A DNA stretch of 63,572 nucleotides, counting the filler, from Hyphochytrium catenoides (Eukaryota > Protista > Hyphochytriomycota): NCBI GenBank assembly GCA_900088475.1. It is 13 parts of 13 records of this genome, joined end to end, with 100 filler letters (N's around TTAATTAATTAA, not from the genome) between each part and the next. Parts side by side here need not be neighbours in the genome. Positions count along the whole stretch, not along the records: positions 3,677 to 29,088 come from FLMG01000527.1; positions 29,189 to 35,248 come from FLMG01002160.1; positions 35,349 to 36,925 come from FLMG01002505.1; 10 more parts are not named here. The stretch is one strand, 5' to 3'. Under the pieces are notes generated by a model. It had not been told where the DNA came from. It ran no database searches and saw only the letters and a program-made list of their open reading frames with translations. The translations under genes were made by a program, and so were the position numbers. Position 1 is the stretch's first letter. Each line of letters begins with the position of its first letter. Below, one piece after another: positions 24,330 to 37,025 of the stretch.

Positions 24330-27086
24330 ATGGCCTCTCTCAAGGCTGATCGATACATTGCGGAGGCACGGCGCCTGCTTCGAGAACTTCCTCAATACAA
24401 GGTACAAGTACGGCTATACTCTTCGTCGCGTGCCGTTGGAGTTGGCGCCGATCTTGCCACCCCTCCTCCTCGGGTTCTGGTCACCCTCCTACTCCGCTGC
24501 GTTAACCTCGCCCGTCTCTTGTCTGACATCTTTTACCTTGTGACGTTATAGGACTCACAGCGAGTAATTGCAGATCTGGCGGAGACTGTGCGGGAGTTTC
24601 CCTCACTCCGGCCGTGGTGTGCACCTCTTGCAGGTCTGTCTGGGCAATAGCTGCTGTCTAGTTGCAGGCGATTCTCTGCGATGCTCACACCTGGCTCACT
24701 CTCTTTGCTGCTCTCGTGTCTTCCTTTTCACATCTTTTGTCGCTTGGAAGCTCCCTCAACGGAAACAAATGATGGCATTGGTCCCTCTCTGCTTACTTTG
24801 GGCGGCACTGTGCCTATTATCTTCTTAAGCGTCAGGTACAATATCCCAGTCCAGTTCCAGTTCACTCATGACTATCCACAAGAACCGCCCATCTGCAGCG
24901 TGAAGCCTACGGCAGGTGATATAAAATGAGAGCTGACTGTGCGACACAGGAGGCTGAAGCACCTACTGAACTTGAAAACATCTCACAGGCCATTGCGTAG
25001 TCTTTGCTGCCCTCCTTCTGCTCTCCTTCGGTAGCTCTTTCCGTCGTAATCTGCTTGTACCTATGCGTGTGAGGTCTCTCGCTGTGTGGCTTCTCCTCCT
25101 TTAATCGATCGCTTGGTTGAATCTGCAGATATGATCATCAAGCCAGGTCACACTTCCGTGGCTCCCAACGGGAGAGTCAAAGATGTGGATTACCTAGAGA
25201 GCTGGGAAGATCAGGTATGCCATAGTCCTGTCTTGCGCTCGATTCCTCTCATCCGAATGGATCACATCTTTCTTTCCCTGGATTGGCAATCCCTTCTTGG
25301 TATGCCTGCGTGTTACTCTGCTCTACAGGAATGATCAGCGGCTTGCACCCCATAGGCTCACAGGCATTGTCTTTCCACGCTTTGATCCTGCTGGTAGACC
25401 CATCACCTTCTGGAGCTGGTGCACATCCTTATACAGAGCTTTTCGCGAGAACCGCCTGTCTTCAAGAAGCCACAAGGAAGTTCTACTCTTCAACAAGGTT
25501 TTGCGCCGCTCTTTGGATCCTCCAGAAGGAGACAAGAGCGGGAGCATGAGAAGGAAGAGGAAGAAGAAGTGTCGTGCTCAACGATAGCTTGTCCGCGCTA
25601 TGACAGACTTGGCATACGCTGCCAAGAGCTCCCCTTGTCGGTAAGCTGCAAACTGCGCTGCAACTTCTCGGCAGACAGGTGGAGAGTGTCCAAAGGCAAA
25701 CCGAGCATATAGAGGACTCAAAAGAACCCTGTGACTAAGATCATCCGTAGTATGATGGTTAAGCAAACGAAGGGAGTATAGCAACTAGAGTATAGCCCCT
25801 CCTTCGACTCCCCAGCTGATTTCCACTCGCAGGTCGAGCAGGACCGGCGAGACCATCTCCTCTCTCAGTTGGTCAGCGTCTTACGAGGAGAGAAAGAGGT
25901 TGTTGTGGACAACCTGAAGAGTAAGAACCGTCTTTTGCCCTCTCTCCTCTTCCTGTGGATCTTGATTGGACGTTGAACCATCAGTTTTTAACGTTCCCTT
26001 TGTGATGCCTTCTTACTGTCTCATTTCTCTTACATTGCCTCCGAAGTGGAGCTTCAGGAAGTGAATGCGGATCGACAGCATCTAGAGAGAGGGCAAACCG
26101 AGCTGCCTGCACAGTTGCTACGGCTAGGTCAAGAAGAGGTTCATCTGAGAGATGCCCTGGAGGAACTGAGAGAGCAAAGTGAAAAGCTAGAGAGGCTGTG
26201 TAGCCAGCAGAAGCAACACGAGGAGGTGAGACAGTGGAGAGCGACCGCTGATCTTGGGAGAAATCCGGTTTATTTCCTTGTTTGTCCCCCGTCTGTTGTC
26301 GCTCTGGCCTTCTTTGACGCTGCAGAATCACCTCCTCCATTTGGTCAATGCCCTGACTCTGAATGTGACTGTGGCGCAGGGCCTCGAAGGAAGACTAGAC
26401 GGACTCTGTGTTGGAAGCACTCCGAGGGCTAGACAGTGAGCTACTCCTGTCTTTTTCTTCTGCAGTCCATCCTACACATTAACTGTCTACCCTGCTGCTT
26501 TTCTTTATTGTCAAGCTGCGCATGCTTAACCCTAGTTGTCCCCCAGCTCTGCCAAGATGGCCAGCTCCGCTTCACTTGTCCGCTTCACTCTAATCTCTAA
26601 TCCACGGCATATATTTGAATAATGCAGAGCCTCTAAACCGTCCCAATCTTTCTCCTTCAGGCAATTAGACTTGGTGGCCGAGGCCTTGGCCCTTGAGGAC
26701 TACCTCTACAGTCTGGATCAGGGGCTAGAGTCTGGCAGTCTCAGTTTAGCAAGCTTTATTAAGGTAGTAGCAACCGTCTTCTCTCTGCTCGTGCTGCCAA
26801 TCTTCTCTTTCTAGTTGAGTCCGTTTCTAAGCCTGTTAATTGCTTGTTCATGGGCCTAACGTCTGCCTCCTCCTCCCCGCCTTATGTCTGATAACCTTCT
26901 TCTGGCCACCTTCCTTTTTCTTCATCTACCTCACATCTCTTCTCCCCGCTGCCGCAATCTGGCTTTTGTCCTATCTCTTGGTAGGAGGTTCGTTCAGCCT
27001 CCAGGCGCTTATTTAAGGTGAAAGCCCTTGCGATGAAGATCCATGAGGCTCAAGTGGCGCGAGAGGAGAAAGAACAGAAAAAATGA
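24330..27086 (+). CDS. VPS23: ESCRT-I subunit TSG101/Vps23, divergent copy B (~10 exons)
   Basis: LGGTVPIIFLSVRYNIPVQFQFTHDYPQEPPICSVKPT|DMIIKPGHTSVAPNGRV...YLESW; FSREPPVF; coiled coil; QLDLVAEALALEDYLYSLDQGL...FIK|EVRSASRRLFKVKAL. Confidence 0.9.
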
Positions 27087-27599
27087 GAAGAGAAAGGCAG
27101 AAGGATTGAGTCAGATGTAAAGAGACAGTGGCAGCCCATAAGGGAGGGACTATGTACCGCGTGGCCTTCGTGGCTTCTTTATCTATTGCTCCCCATAAGG
27201 AGTCATATATTTATTCCTTTTCTACCTTGGTTTGGCAAGCATTGGGAGGTACTTATAGGAGAGACCAAGACAGAGGATGCGGAAACTTCAGCACGGTCTG
27301 CAAGAATACTCTCAGTCTTTCAAGGACTCCTTCTCCGTTAAGATGCTAGCTTTAAGATGCTAGCTTAGAAAGATCGGAAAGGCCCAGATAAAGTGGGTCA
27401 GGAGCTCTCCTAGTGGATATGCGCCAACGTAGGACAACGCCCAGGCCAACGAGAAACTTGGGTAAGACAGCTAAAGATGGAATGAGAAGCGTGGCGCACG
27501 GACGTTTCTTGATGTCTCTCCCCTCTATTTCTCCCATAAGATTATCGTAGCGTTCTTTCTCTCTGTCTCTTCGCCATTCCTTACTCTTCCCTAGCTCTC

Positions 27600-28861
27600 C
27601 TAAGCCATCTCTCTCTCTCTTCTCGCTGATCTTGACTCCTCCTGATGTCTCGATGCAAGCATGCGGTTCAGAGCGTTAATGTAGGCCGTAGCACTAGCCA
27701 CAATGATATCCGTGTTGGCACCATGCCCAATGTACTGGCGGGCACGGTGTTCGCCTGCAGTCGAGAAGAGATTTGACGGACAAGAAGTTAAGTAAGGAAA
27801 ACCGCGAACCGATGTTGCCGCCGTGGAAGAGGACATGCATAGCAAAGTAAGGGAGAGAGAGAGCTGGGAAGAAGCGACAAGAGAGCGAGCTGGGAAAGAG
27901 CGAAAAGAGAGAGCGCGTGAGATAGAGAGAGAGAGGCGAAGGAACGAGTCCAGAGCGAAGAGTACTGACCTGTCTGTGGGTTAGTGTACGCATCGACAGG
28001 TACAGCGTCCATCTCTTGGTCCTCTGTGCATCGAAAGAGCAGACGTAAGCCACAACTAAGTCTTGACAGTCTTCAGCTTCTGGGTTTAACAATCTACTCC
28101 TTTCTTCCACTCCCTCGTCGTAGCGGTCTTCTTTGCCTTCTCTCTTCTACTTCACAGCTAAAAAACCTACCACTGTCCTCCACTCTGACTGTGACCTCTC
28201 CTAGTGCGCTAGTTCCGTCGGTGATGCTCTGGACTGTGAACTCATTTAAGATGCCGGTGGTGCCTGTCGCTCTGCAAATAGCCTGGTAAACAGCATCCAC
28301 TGGGCCTAGCAACAGAACAACAAGATCAGCACGTAACAATGGGAGATAAGTAGTCACTTTCCGCGACACGAAGAGAAGGACACGGAAAGAGAGCGAAGAA
28401 GGAGAGACGTGTGTCGGGTCGACAAATAACAGCAAAGTTATCGCCACGACACACTTGATGCCCTAGGCTGCCTGGTGTCATGGCAAGAGGAGCTTCTGCC
28501 GAGGGTCCTACGGCAGTGGAATTTCTATTGCTAAGACCGATACCTGTGCCCATCGCTGCTTCACTGACTTCCTCGCCATCCTTGTAACTGAGAGTGACCG
28601 TGGCCGTAGGCTTCACCCGGTTGCCCTAAGACGTGATGAGGGTAGTACGTCAGCACAGATGCAGAGGAGAGCGAGAGGTGAGGGCTGCACGCTTGGAGAC
28701 TCACAGCAGTAACGTGAATGGCCTGAAGAGTCCAGTAGGTCTCAGGCTTGTATAGATCATCAGCCACAATCGCCTCGATGTCTGCATCTGTGACCTAAAG
28801 TCACGTCCAAAGCGTCGTTAGGTCGCCGAAAAAGAGCGCAGGACAGGCCAAAATGAGAAAA

Positions 28862-28908
<47 letters not shown>

Positions 28909-29088
28909 CAGAGAGAGAGAGAGACAGAGAGAGAGAGAAGAGTGTAACGGGAACAGAAAGGAAGCGGAAGGCGCAAAGAGGGAGACACAAAAAGGGAAAG
29001 TCTTACCGTCTTTTTCTCATCTGCAAGGATCTTGAACTTCTCAACATACTGATCAAGCTGCTCCTCTGTCAGATCCGTATAGCCCAGT
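27600..29088 (-). CDS. leuA: 2-isopropylmalate synthase, C-terminal regulatory part (5' truncated by contig end)
   Basis: LGY...KFKILADEKK|VTDADIEAIV, PTATVTL, GT|GPVDAVYQAI, ITDGTSALGEVTVRV, GHGANTDIIVASATAYINALNRM. Confidence 0.93.
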
Positions 29089-29188
29089 NNNNNNNNNNNN
29101 NNNNNNNNNNNNNNNNNNNNNNNNNNNNNNNNTTAATTAATTAANNNNNNNNNNNNNNNNNNNNNNNNNNNNNNNNNNNNNNNNNNNN

Positions 29189-31179
29189 TTATGACGCTGT
29201 CATCAGCTACCTAGTGCCAGAGGAAGAGGTAGGCCTAACATTGGTTAGGAGGGTGCAAGACCAGAACCATTGTCCAAGAAAGGAAGAGACATAGAACATC
29301 TCAAATGAGGAAGGAGATAGGGCAGAGAGGACGCAATAGAGTTAAGAGATAAGGGAGAGAAGCTTTACTGAGAATATGAGTGGTTGGGAAAGAGAGAGAG
29401 AGAGGAACTATGTACCTTGACTATCATTGCGCATACTAACTAAGGAGCCTCTGCCTTAGCTGGAGAACTCTGACAAAGATCTGACGCGGGCGCTGTTCAA
29501 AAGGTTCCAGCTTATGGATAATGACAGCAAAGGTACTGCCAGACTGCCACGGCCGACGAAGTCTCTCACTCTTTCTTGACTCCCCTCTCTCTCTCGCGCG
29601 CGCTTTCTCTTGCCGTTCGCACTCTATCTCTCTTGTTCTCCTCTCCTCAGTAGTCTCTCTCTCACTCTCTCTCTCTGCCTCTGTATGCTTGTCTCTCTCT
29701 GCCTCTGTATGCTTGTCTCTCTCTGCCTCTGTATGCTTGTCTCTCTCTTCATCAACCTCTATTGACATTGCTCACATTCTCTTGTCTTTCCAAGGCTACA
29801 TTGACAGTGAAGACATCAAGGAATATCTTCGGTCAGAGGGCTTCTCTCCAAAGAAAGAGCAGGTATTGCGCTGGCTTATGAGTCGTTTCCATGGCTGTCG
29901 CCTTCATGCCCAAAACCTTCCAGTGCATAGTCCTATCTTCTCTTCCTCGCTCCAATGTCTCCCTTTTGGTTCTAAGTACTCGCCAACTTCTTGCTCTCTG
30001 TCCCTCTGTCTCTCTCCTCTCCTCTAATCCTACTTCTTTCTTCTCGACAGACGCGCAACGTAATGGCAAAGCTTTGCGGAAGTGACGAGAGCGACCCTGA
30101 GCTTCGATTCAACCGCATTTGTCAGCTGGCGAAGGAGCTGCAGACAAGCGAAGGTCATAAGAGGAACCAGGAAGATGAGCAAGAGCCCGAGCTGGACGGA
30201 CTAACGCCTAGGAGAGAGAGAAAGAAGGGAAGTCTGAATGGCCAGAAGGGGAAGAAAACCTTTAAGAAGACATCGTCTTCTGTCCGTAAGAAGAAAGATG
30301 AAGATGAGCAAGAAAGCGAGAATGGCTCTTCAGATAGTGAAGAGGAAGAAGACAGGGACGACAGAGCATCTCGCACTAGGAAGAAGGTTGCAGGATCCAC
30401 GGAAGAGACACTTCAGGCTCTGAAGGAATGCCTCCTCGACGAGTATAGCGCTTTCGAGGCCTTTGACTCCTTTGACAGGTGAGAGCCGATGGTGGGGACT
30501 GCCTTGGCAAAGAGGGAGAGAAAAGAGCTAGAAGAAGAAGGATGAGAGACGACAACAATTGAACAAGAAGCGAAGAGACGCAGCGCAGGTGCTAGCTTCA
30601 TAGGGAGAGAGAAGGGACGCAAAGGGAGGGTTCTGTACGGAAGGAGCAAGGATCAGACATGCCATGTTGGTCGAGGGGAGAGGCTGAAGCAGGTGAATGG
30701 GTTTGATTGAGGGGATAACCGAGCCCTTCCGTGGCTTTCGCGAGAGATACAAATCATTCTTGATGCTGACAGCACTTTCTGCAGCTCTGGGGAGGGAGAG
30801 ATAAGCCTGGACGAGCTTAAGAAGGCGCTACGGGCGCGAGGCTTCAAGGCGCTGACTAGCCAGCAGATTATGGAGATCGGCAAGAAGATGGGAGGCACGA
30901 CTGACGGAAAGAAGAGTCTCTCTCTTACAAGGCCCAACTTTATACTTTGGCTTAAACCCATGGACCGCAATCAGTGAGAGAGCATGTTCTCCCTTTACTT
31001 ACTCAGCGGGACACTGATTCTCCCTTCTATTCGTACATCTATTACTCTGTCTGTATGTCTGTCTTTCTGCCTCTCTCTGTCTCTCTCTCTCTCTCTCTTT
31101 AATTTATTCTAATCTCTCCTTATCTTCACCCCTCGGTCTCTTTCTCTCTCTCGCTTTATTGTCCTCTTCCTGCATGTCA

Positions 31180-31212
<33 letters not shown>

Positions 31213-31667
31213 NNNNNNNNNNNNNNNNNNNNNNNNNNNNNNNNNNNNNNNNNNNNNNNNNNNNNNNNNNNNNNNNNNNNNNNNNNNNNNNNNNNNNNNN
31301 NNNNNNNNNNNNNNNNNNNNNNNNNNNNCAAGAAAGAGTTCAGGGCCGCACTGAGGAAGCTCTCTATTACTGTCACTGACAAGGTACAGAGAACAGAAGC
31401 GTTTGTCCTTTCAGTGAACATTTTTGCTCTCTAAAAAGTACGTCCTGGCCGTACTATGGCATAGTACCTTTCCTTCTCCTCTTTCCGTGAGGGTCTGTGG
31501 CCTTCTTGTCTCCCTGTTTCTCGCTCTCTTCAAGCTCACAGAGGACTCACATCTCCCCGTGATCGTAGGACCTGGATCAGATCTTGCGATACTTTGACGA
31601 GAACGGCGATGGGATGTTCAGTTATATGGAGTTCTGCGACTTCCTCACCGCCAAGAGAAGGAGCTAG
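29189..31667 (+). CDS. Multi-EF-hand protein, C-terminal fragment (internal N gap)
   Basis: EF loops DNDSKG|YIDSEDI, DR|SGEGEISLDEL, DENGDGMFSYMEF; stop TAG at 31665-31667. Confidence 0.87.
29668..29739 (+). repeat. Intronic 24-bp tandem repeat x3 (TCTCTCTCTGCCTCTGTATGCTTG)
   Basis: Three direct copies visible. Confidence 0.9.
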
Positions 31668-34600
31668 GACTGCTCAGGCCGTCACTTTAGCATTAGATTT
31701 GACCCGCACGGAGCCTTACCCTAGAGCTTATATTGAGAGCTTGGGTTAACTGAAGGCTATCTGTATAGAGCTGTATAGAGAACTATCTATTCACGATCCA
31801 CCAAGAGCATACCGCCGTGCCTCCATCTAATCTACTTCGGCTTCTCGTGGCGCTTCTGACCTCTGCTTCCCAACACTATCTTCATCTTGACTAACGAGCT
31901 CAGAAGGTGTTACAGGTCACGCAACAACGAGCAGGCCAAAGCGATCACCTTGCTGACTTCTATTCCTCTGGCGCTGATGAGGTCTTTGCTCTAGAGCTGC
32001 AGAAACTTATTTATGACAAGCCTCAGACTCATGAAGAAAAAAACCGCTGAAAGATGCCATACACTAAGTGTTACCACGAGAAGAGTGCAGTGGAGAGCCC
32101 ATCGGACATGCTCTGCTACTCTTGTGGCAGAAGATATGAAACCTTTAACCTACCCCACATGTGTGAGAGCGCTTCCACGATAATGTGGAGCTAGTGCGTG
32201 GCAATGGAGAGACAGGGTGGAGCACGATGAAGAGCAGCGATTGCTGACGCGGCCTAAGACGAAGGGTTGAAGGATATGGACAGCAATGGTACTAGGAATG
32301 CAGCCACTCAAAAGTGCGCCTGCATCACCCTCAGTGAGTCGAGTCTGCTTTTGCAAGTGAAGAGACAGACAGTGCGAGTCATCCAGCGTTTACAAAAAGA
32401 AGATAGAAGAGAAGAACTAAGACAAAGAGATGGAGCAATCAGTGACAGACGGAATGTAACTCCAGAGAGAGGCCAGCAGCATCACTTTGAGCATTATAAC
32501 CAACTCTGAGGACTACTTTCTGTCAAGTGATGTGCCAAAGCTGGCAGGGCTCCTGCCGCTGCAGCTTCAAGCCCCACGAGAAATGCAATGGAACAACACT
32601 CCTTCACTATTCGAGAGGGAAATAAGGGCGAGCATCTTCCTCTCAAGCTAAAGCAACCTAACCTCAACGACCGACTTCTCTTCAATCATTGCTTTGCTGT
32701 TCCTGCCAAGAACTGTACTCTTCTGGCTTGTAAGAGAGAAGTTTGAACTGTATGGCTCTTGCTCTTGAAAACCATTCTAGGGGAGACTCTATGCAAGCGG
32801 GATGATAAGAACGCTGCATCACAGAGGCTGTCTGGGTGCCATGGTTGGGCAGCCTACCGGCCATATGAGGCGTCCTTTCTGTTGTCAGGGACCTTGCATT
32901 TGTAGGCCATCCAAGAGATGCCACTTCGTCTGCTCAGCGCGAAGTGCGGGAATTTCCCACCGCGCCACCCGCGGCCCCGGGACTTTGAGATTTTTATCGC
33001 TGTATGTCAGGCTGAGGATCGGACATGCCGGCTCGGTAGCTTCAACAAGCAAGGGGAGCGTGGTCAGCAAGATGGACAACAGTGAAAGAGAAGTGCTCTG
33101 CTAGTTGATTTATATACTAGAGAGTAGAGAACAGAGAGAAGAGAGAGAGGGAAAAAGAGAGAGAGAGAGACAAACAAAAGAGAGAAAACGAGACAGAGTG
33201 AGTGGTGGAAGAAGAGAGGTAAAAGAAAAGAGAGAGAAAATGAGAGAGCGACAAGAAAAAGAAGAGGATGAAAAAGAGAGAGAGAGAGAGAAAGAGAGAG
33301 AAAGAGAGAGAAAGAGAGAGAAAGAGAGAGAAAGAGAGAGAAAGAGAGAGAATGAGACAGTGTGAGGTAAGACAAATATGCGGGTGTGCTACAAACATAC
33401 GTAACCCATGAGACAGAGTGAAAAAGAGAGAACAGTGGGTGACCTCCGTCATCAGAACAACAAAACCAGCTGGTGTGTGGTGGTCCTCCAACCTACACTT
33501 TTACAATACAGTCCCGAAGGTGACCAAAACACTCTCTACATGGACCACGACAGTGAAATCTGTACAAGGTTTCGTAGTGTACCTTTCAATGAAAGATCCT
33601 GTATTTAAGCTCAGGCTGAAATATATTTATACTTTCATAGAGAAATATTGCTTGAAGGTTTCTCGTCACTCTCCTTTCTTTAGCCATCCTTTTTGTACTG
33701 TTGGCTCAACTTCCCTCCGATAACTGGTTGTACGTACATCCTCACTTTAGCTAAACAGCGGCTCCTCTCAAGCGTAGACTTCCCGTTGTGACAAGGCAAG
33801 TTCGCAGCCTCACTCTCTTTCTCCTCTAAAAGCATCATTCTGTCTCTTTTTGTCTGTCTCGTCACACCTTCACCCTAAAACTCTACCTACCACAAGCAAT
33901 GTTATCCTGCTGCTCTCTACCCTCTCCGGATTTGGCTGTTCGCTTGAGGCGTCGGACAGCCAAAGGTACTCGATCGGTCGATTAGCATGCCGGTCAAGCC
34001 TCAAGGCCACTTGCCTCGAGAGCTTTCTTAGACAAGCGATCTTTAAAGGGTCTCGCCGTCACCGCTGTCATCGATTTCCCTTGCAAATCACGGCCAATGC
34101 GTCATTCTTCCCGCCTTTCTGTGAGTTGAGGGGTTTCAAAGGAGGCAAGTAGTCTGTAGCTCTGTGGGTTGAATGAAAGAACAGACTTTTGGCATAGAAA
34201 GAGAGACTAGTATGGAGTCAGTGGCAGACAGAGCCACACAATAGATATGCGAAACAAAGACAAACAAAGCTGAATACTACCTTTGGTTCCTGGTGCAAGG
34301 AAGAGACAGATACCAGGAGAGATAAGACGTCTGGGTAGTGCTGACAAAATGCCATAATTTTCCATTTTCCCGGAAACACACAACTAAAAAGTATAATTGG
34401 CTAAAAAAGCCAACCTTTCGAAGACCGAAACAGAGCCTAAGGTCCAAAGGGAGACTAGACGGCGAAGGGTTTTAGTATTTGGTCAGCATGCCAACCCCAT
34501 CTTTCGCCTTTCTAGGAGGCGGAAGATCCACTGATCAGCTATTCGTACTGTACAAGCGCTATCAGGTGTAACATTTAGGAATTTAGAACCATGACGGAAG

Positions 34601-35213
34601 AGATAGGGTGAAGAAATCGGTGAATGCCCGAAGGTAACATGGTCCTGTTAAGTTTCCTGTGTTTGCAAGGCCTGCCCCTAGATTCGTTCTCGAGCCTAGG
34701 TTGAAGTCTATCCATTGATTATGTATGACTTGCTTAGAATCCTCAACGAGTTTTACCTAAAATAACTATGGCAGACCTTTTATTTTAGAAAGGCTGTTCT
34801 AAATCAGCCGATTTTCGTAGGAGTTCTGTAGGGCTGCGAGACAGGTCAACAGGAAGAGGGGAAAAGGCCAGACGAAAAGCTCCAGACGCACACATTCATT
34901 CTGAAAGGAAAATGTATAGTTAGTATTCCTATCATCTCTCAAACCCAGAATTGATTCTGTCTTGAGAGTCACAGTCTTTCACTGTGGACACCTTTGGATG
35001 TGTCCGATTTCTTGGAAGTTCGCCCCACCGAACTGGCATATCTTTAGGAGAGAACCCCTATGTTACAAACAGCTTGTTGTGGGCGAGAGGTTAAGGAATG
35101 GGCTGGTGATGGCTGGATCAGTAGTGCCAAGAGAGGAGGTAAAAGAGGGGAAGGAAACGAGGAGACAAAACCGAAGAAAAGGAAGAAAAGGAGAAAGGGA
35201 AGAGAGAGAAAGA

Positions 35214-35244
<31 letters not shown>

Positions 35245-35646
35245 AGAGNNNNNNNNNNNNNNNNNNNNNNNNNNNNNNNNNNNNNNNNNNNNTTAATTAA
35301 TTAANNNNNNNNNNNNNNNNNNNNNNNNNNNNNNNNNNNNNNNNNNNNCTTCTAGAAGAAGCTGCTGGTTGCGACGATTTTCTCCCGCGCTTTTCCCTTC
35401 CGATTGTTGGAGAAAGGAGGGAAGCGACAACAACAGGCTAACGGCCCATCCTTCTTCAAGCACCAATAAAAATAGCTAATGAGAAGAGAAGATTGAGAGG
35501 ACTATTCAACTACTCTACTGCTACTATTTGCTGCTGTAGAGTGAACTTTTCCCTCTTGTTGATTAAGGCCTTACTTGTAGTGATTGAATAAGTAGAAGAA
35601 GCGCAGCAGCAGCAGCAGGAGGCTGGTAGCAAGAGGTTATAGAAGA

Positions 35647-36925
35647 ATGCCAACCGACAATAATACTGATGGTGGTCTTGAGAGCCCAGAAACTGCTGCT
35701 CCTGCTGCCAGCATTAGGAATGCGGCACCTAATAGTAGTGCACCCAGCACTAAGACGACTACTAGTACTGGTGGCAGCGGCGGCAGTGCGAGCAGCACTA
35801 GCAATAAAAGACGCCGGGGTAGCGGTGGTGGCGGGGCAGCAGGAGGAGCTGGAGGCTCTTCTGGTCCCTCTGGTGGCAGCACTAGTACCACGGGAGGAGG
35901 TACCGCTGGCGGTCGGAAAGCAGGCTCTAAAAATTTCTCAGACAAAGAGAAAACTGGTATGACATAATACTAGAAGGTAGTTCCTTATTTGAAGAAGTTG
36001 GTTGATGCATTTCTAGCTATAGCCTGCTATTAATGTTTCTTGCTCTATCGAGTTGTAGAGTAAGCGTTTCAAACTCTTTTATTAACCATATCTCTTCCAT
36101 TATCGTTGTCTCCTTCAGCCCTTCTGGATGTTGTTGAACGCATTCTTCCCAGAGGCTCAGATCAGTGGAAGAAAGTAGCTTCAAAGTATAGGGTATGGTG
36201 TGAGGAAAACGGCCACACAACCCGTGACACTGACTCTATCAAGAGGAAGTTTGACAACCTTGTCGCCACCAAGAAACCAACTGGCTGGTGATCCCAACTG
36301 CCCCGAAGATGTACGCAGGGCCAAAAGACTAGCCATAGAAATAGCACAGCACGAGACGCAGAGATCGTGAATGCAACGGACGACATGGACGCTGGAGTCG
36401 AAGACTATGGGGGGTCCTTCTTCGGGAGAGTTAGTGAGGAGGAAGAAGACGGACCTGCTGAGGATAGGAGTCAAGATGATAAGGATGGACCGAGCACTCC
36501 CGTACTCCCTGCTGTGAATGAGACAAAAGCTCGGCAATCGACCTCCTCCACAGGCAAGAAGATGATGTATCCTCGTATACATAGACGCTGAATGAGCTAA
36601 CGATGCTATCTCCTCTTGCACCTAAGGAAAAAGAGGGATTACCACGTCTCTCCCTAGCCCTGCTGAAGGCGTAGTTCGGAAGAAAAGGTTGACTAATACT
36701 GCGGGCAACCCCGATGAGTTTCAGCAATTTGCCGGCTACTTCGGTATGCTTCGTGATAATGAGTCTGAGCGGCGGATGCAGCATAGGCTTGATCAATTGA
36801 TGAATGACCAACGGGCTCAACAACAACAAATGGTTCAAATGCAGCAGCAACAACAGATGATGATGATGCAGATGATGCAAGTAGTCGGCCAGCTGGCAGT
36901 TGGTAGGGGAGTCTCATCCAGATGC
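35647..36925 (+). pseudogene. Frameshifted DUF6818/Myb-SANT-like gene, probable DNA-transposon accessory ORF
   Basis: GRKAGSKNFS..E|ALLDVVERILPRGSDQW..VA..Y...RDTDSIKRKF..L...KKPTG / DPNCPEDVRRAKRL. The motif is broken by two short duplications and a TGA. Acidic and Q/M-rich tail follows. Confidence 0.72.
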
Positions 36926-37025
36926 NNNNNNNNNNNNNNNNNNNNNNNNNNNNNNNNNNNNNNNNNNNNTTAATTAATTAANNNNNNNNNNNNNNNNNNN
37001 NNNNNNNNNNNNNNNNNNNNNNNNN

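Noticed and set aside
36289-36291. In-frame TGA as evidence for UGA=Trp recoding or selenocysteine
   Set aside because: The conserved motif lies in the shifted frame and is explained by a 4-bp duplication. TGA ends other intact genes here.
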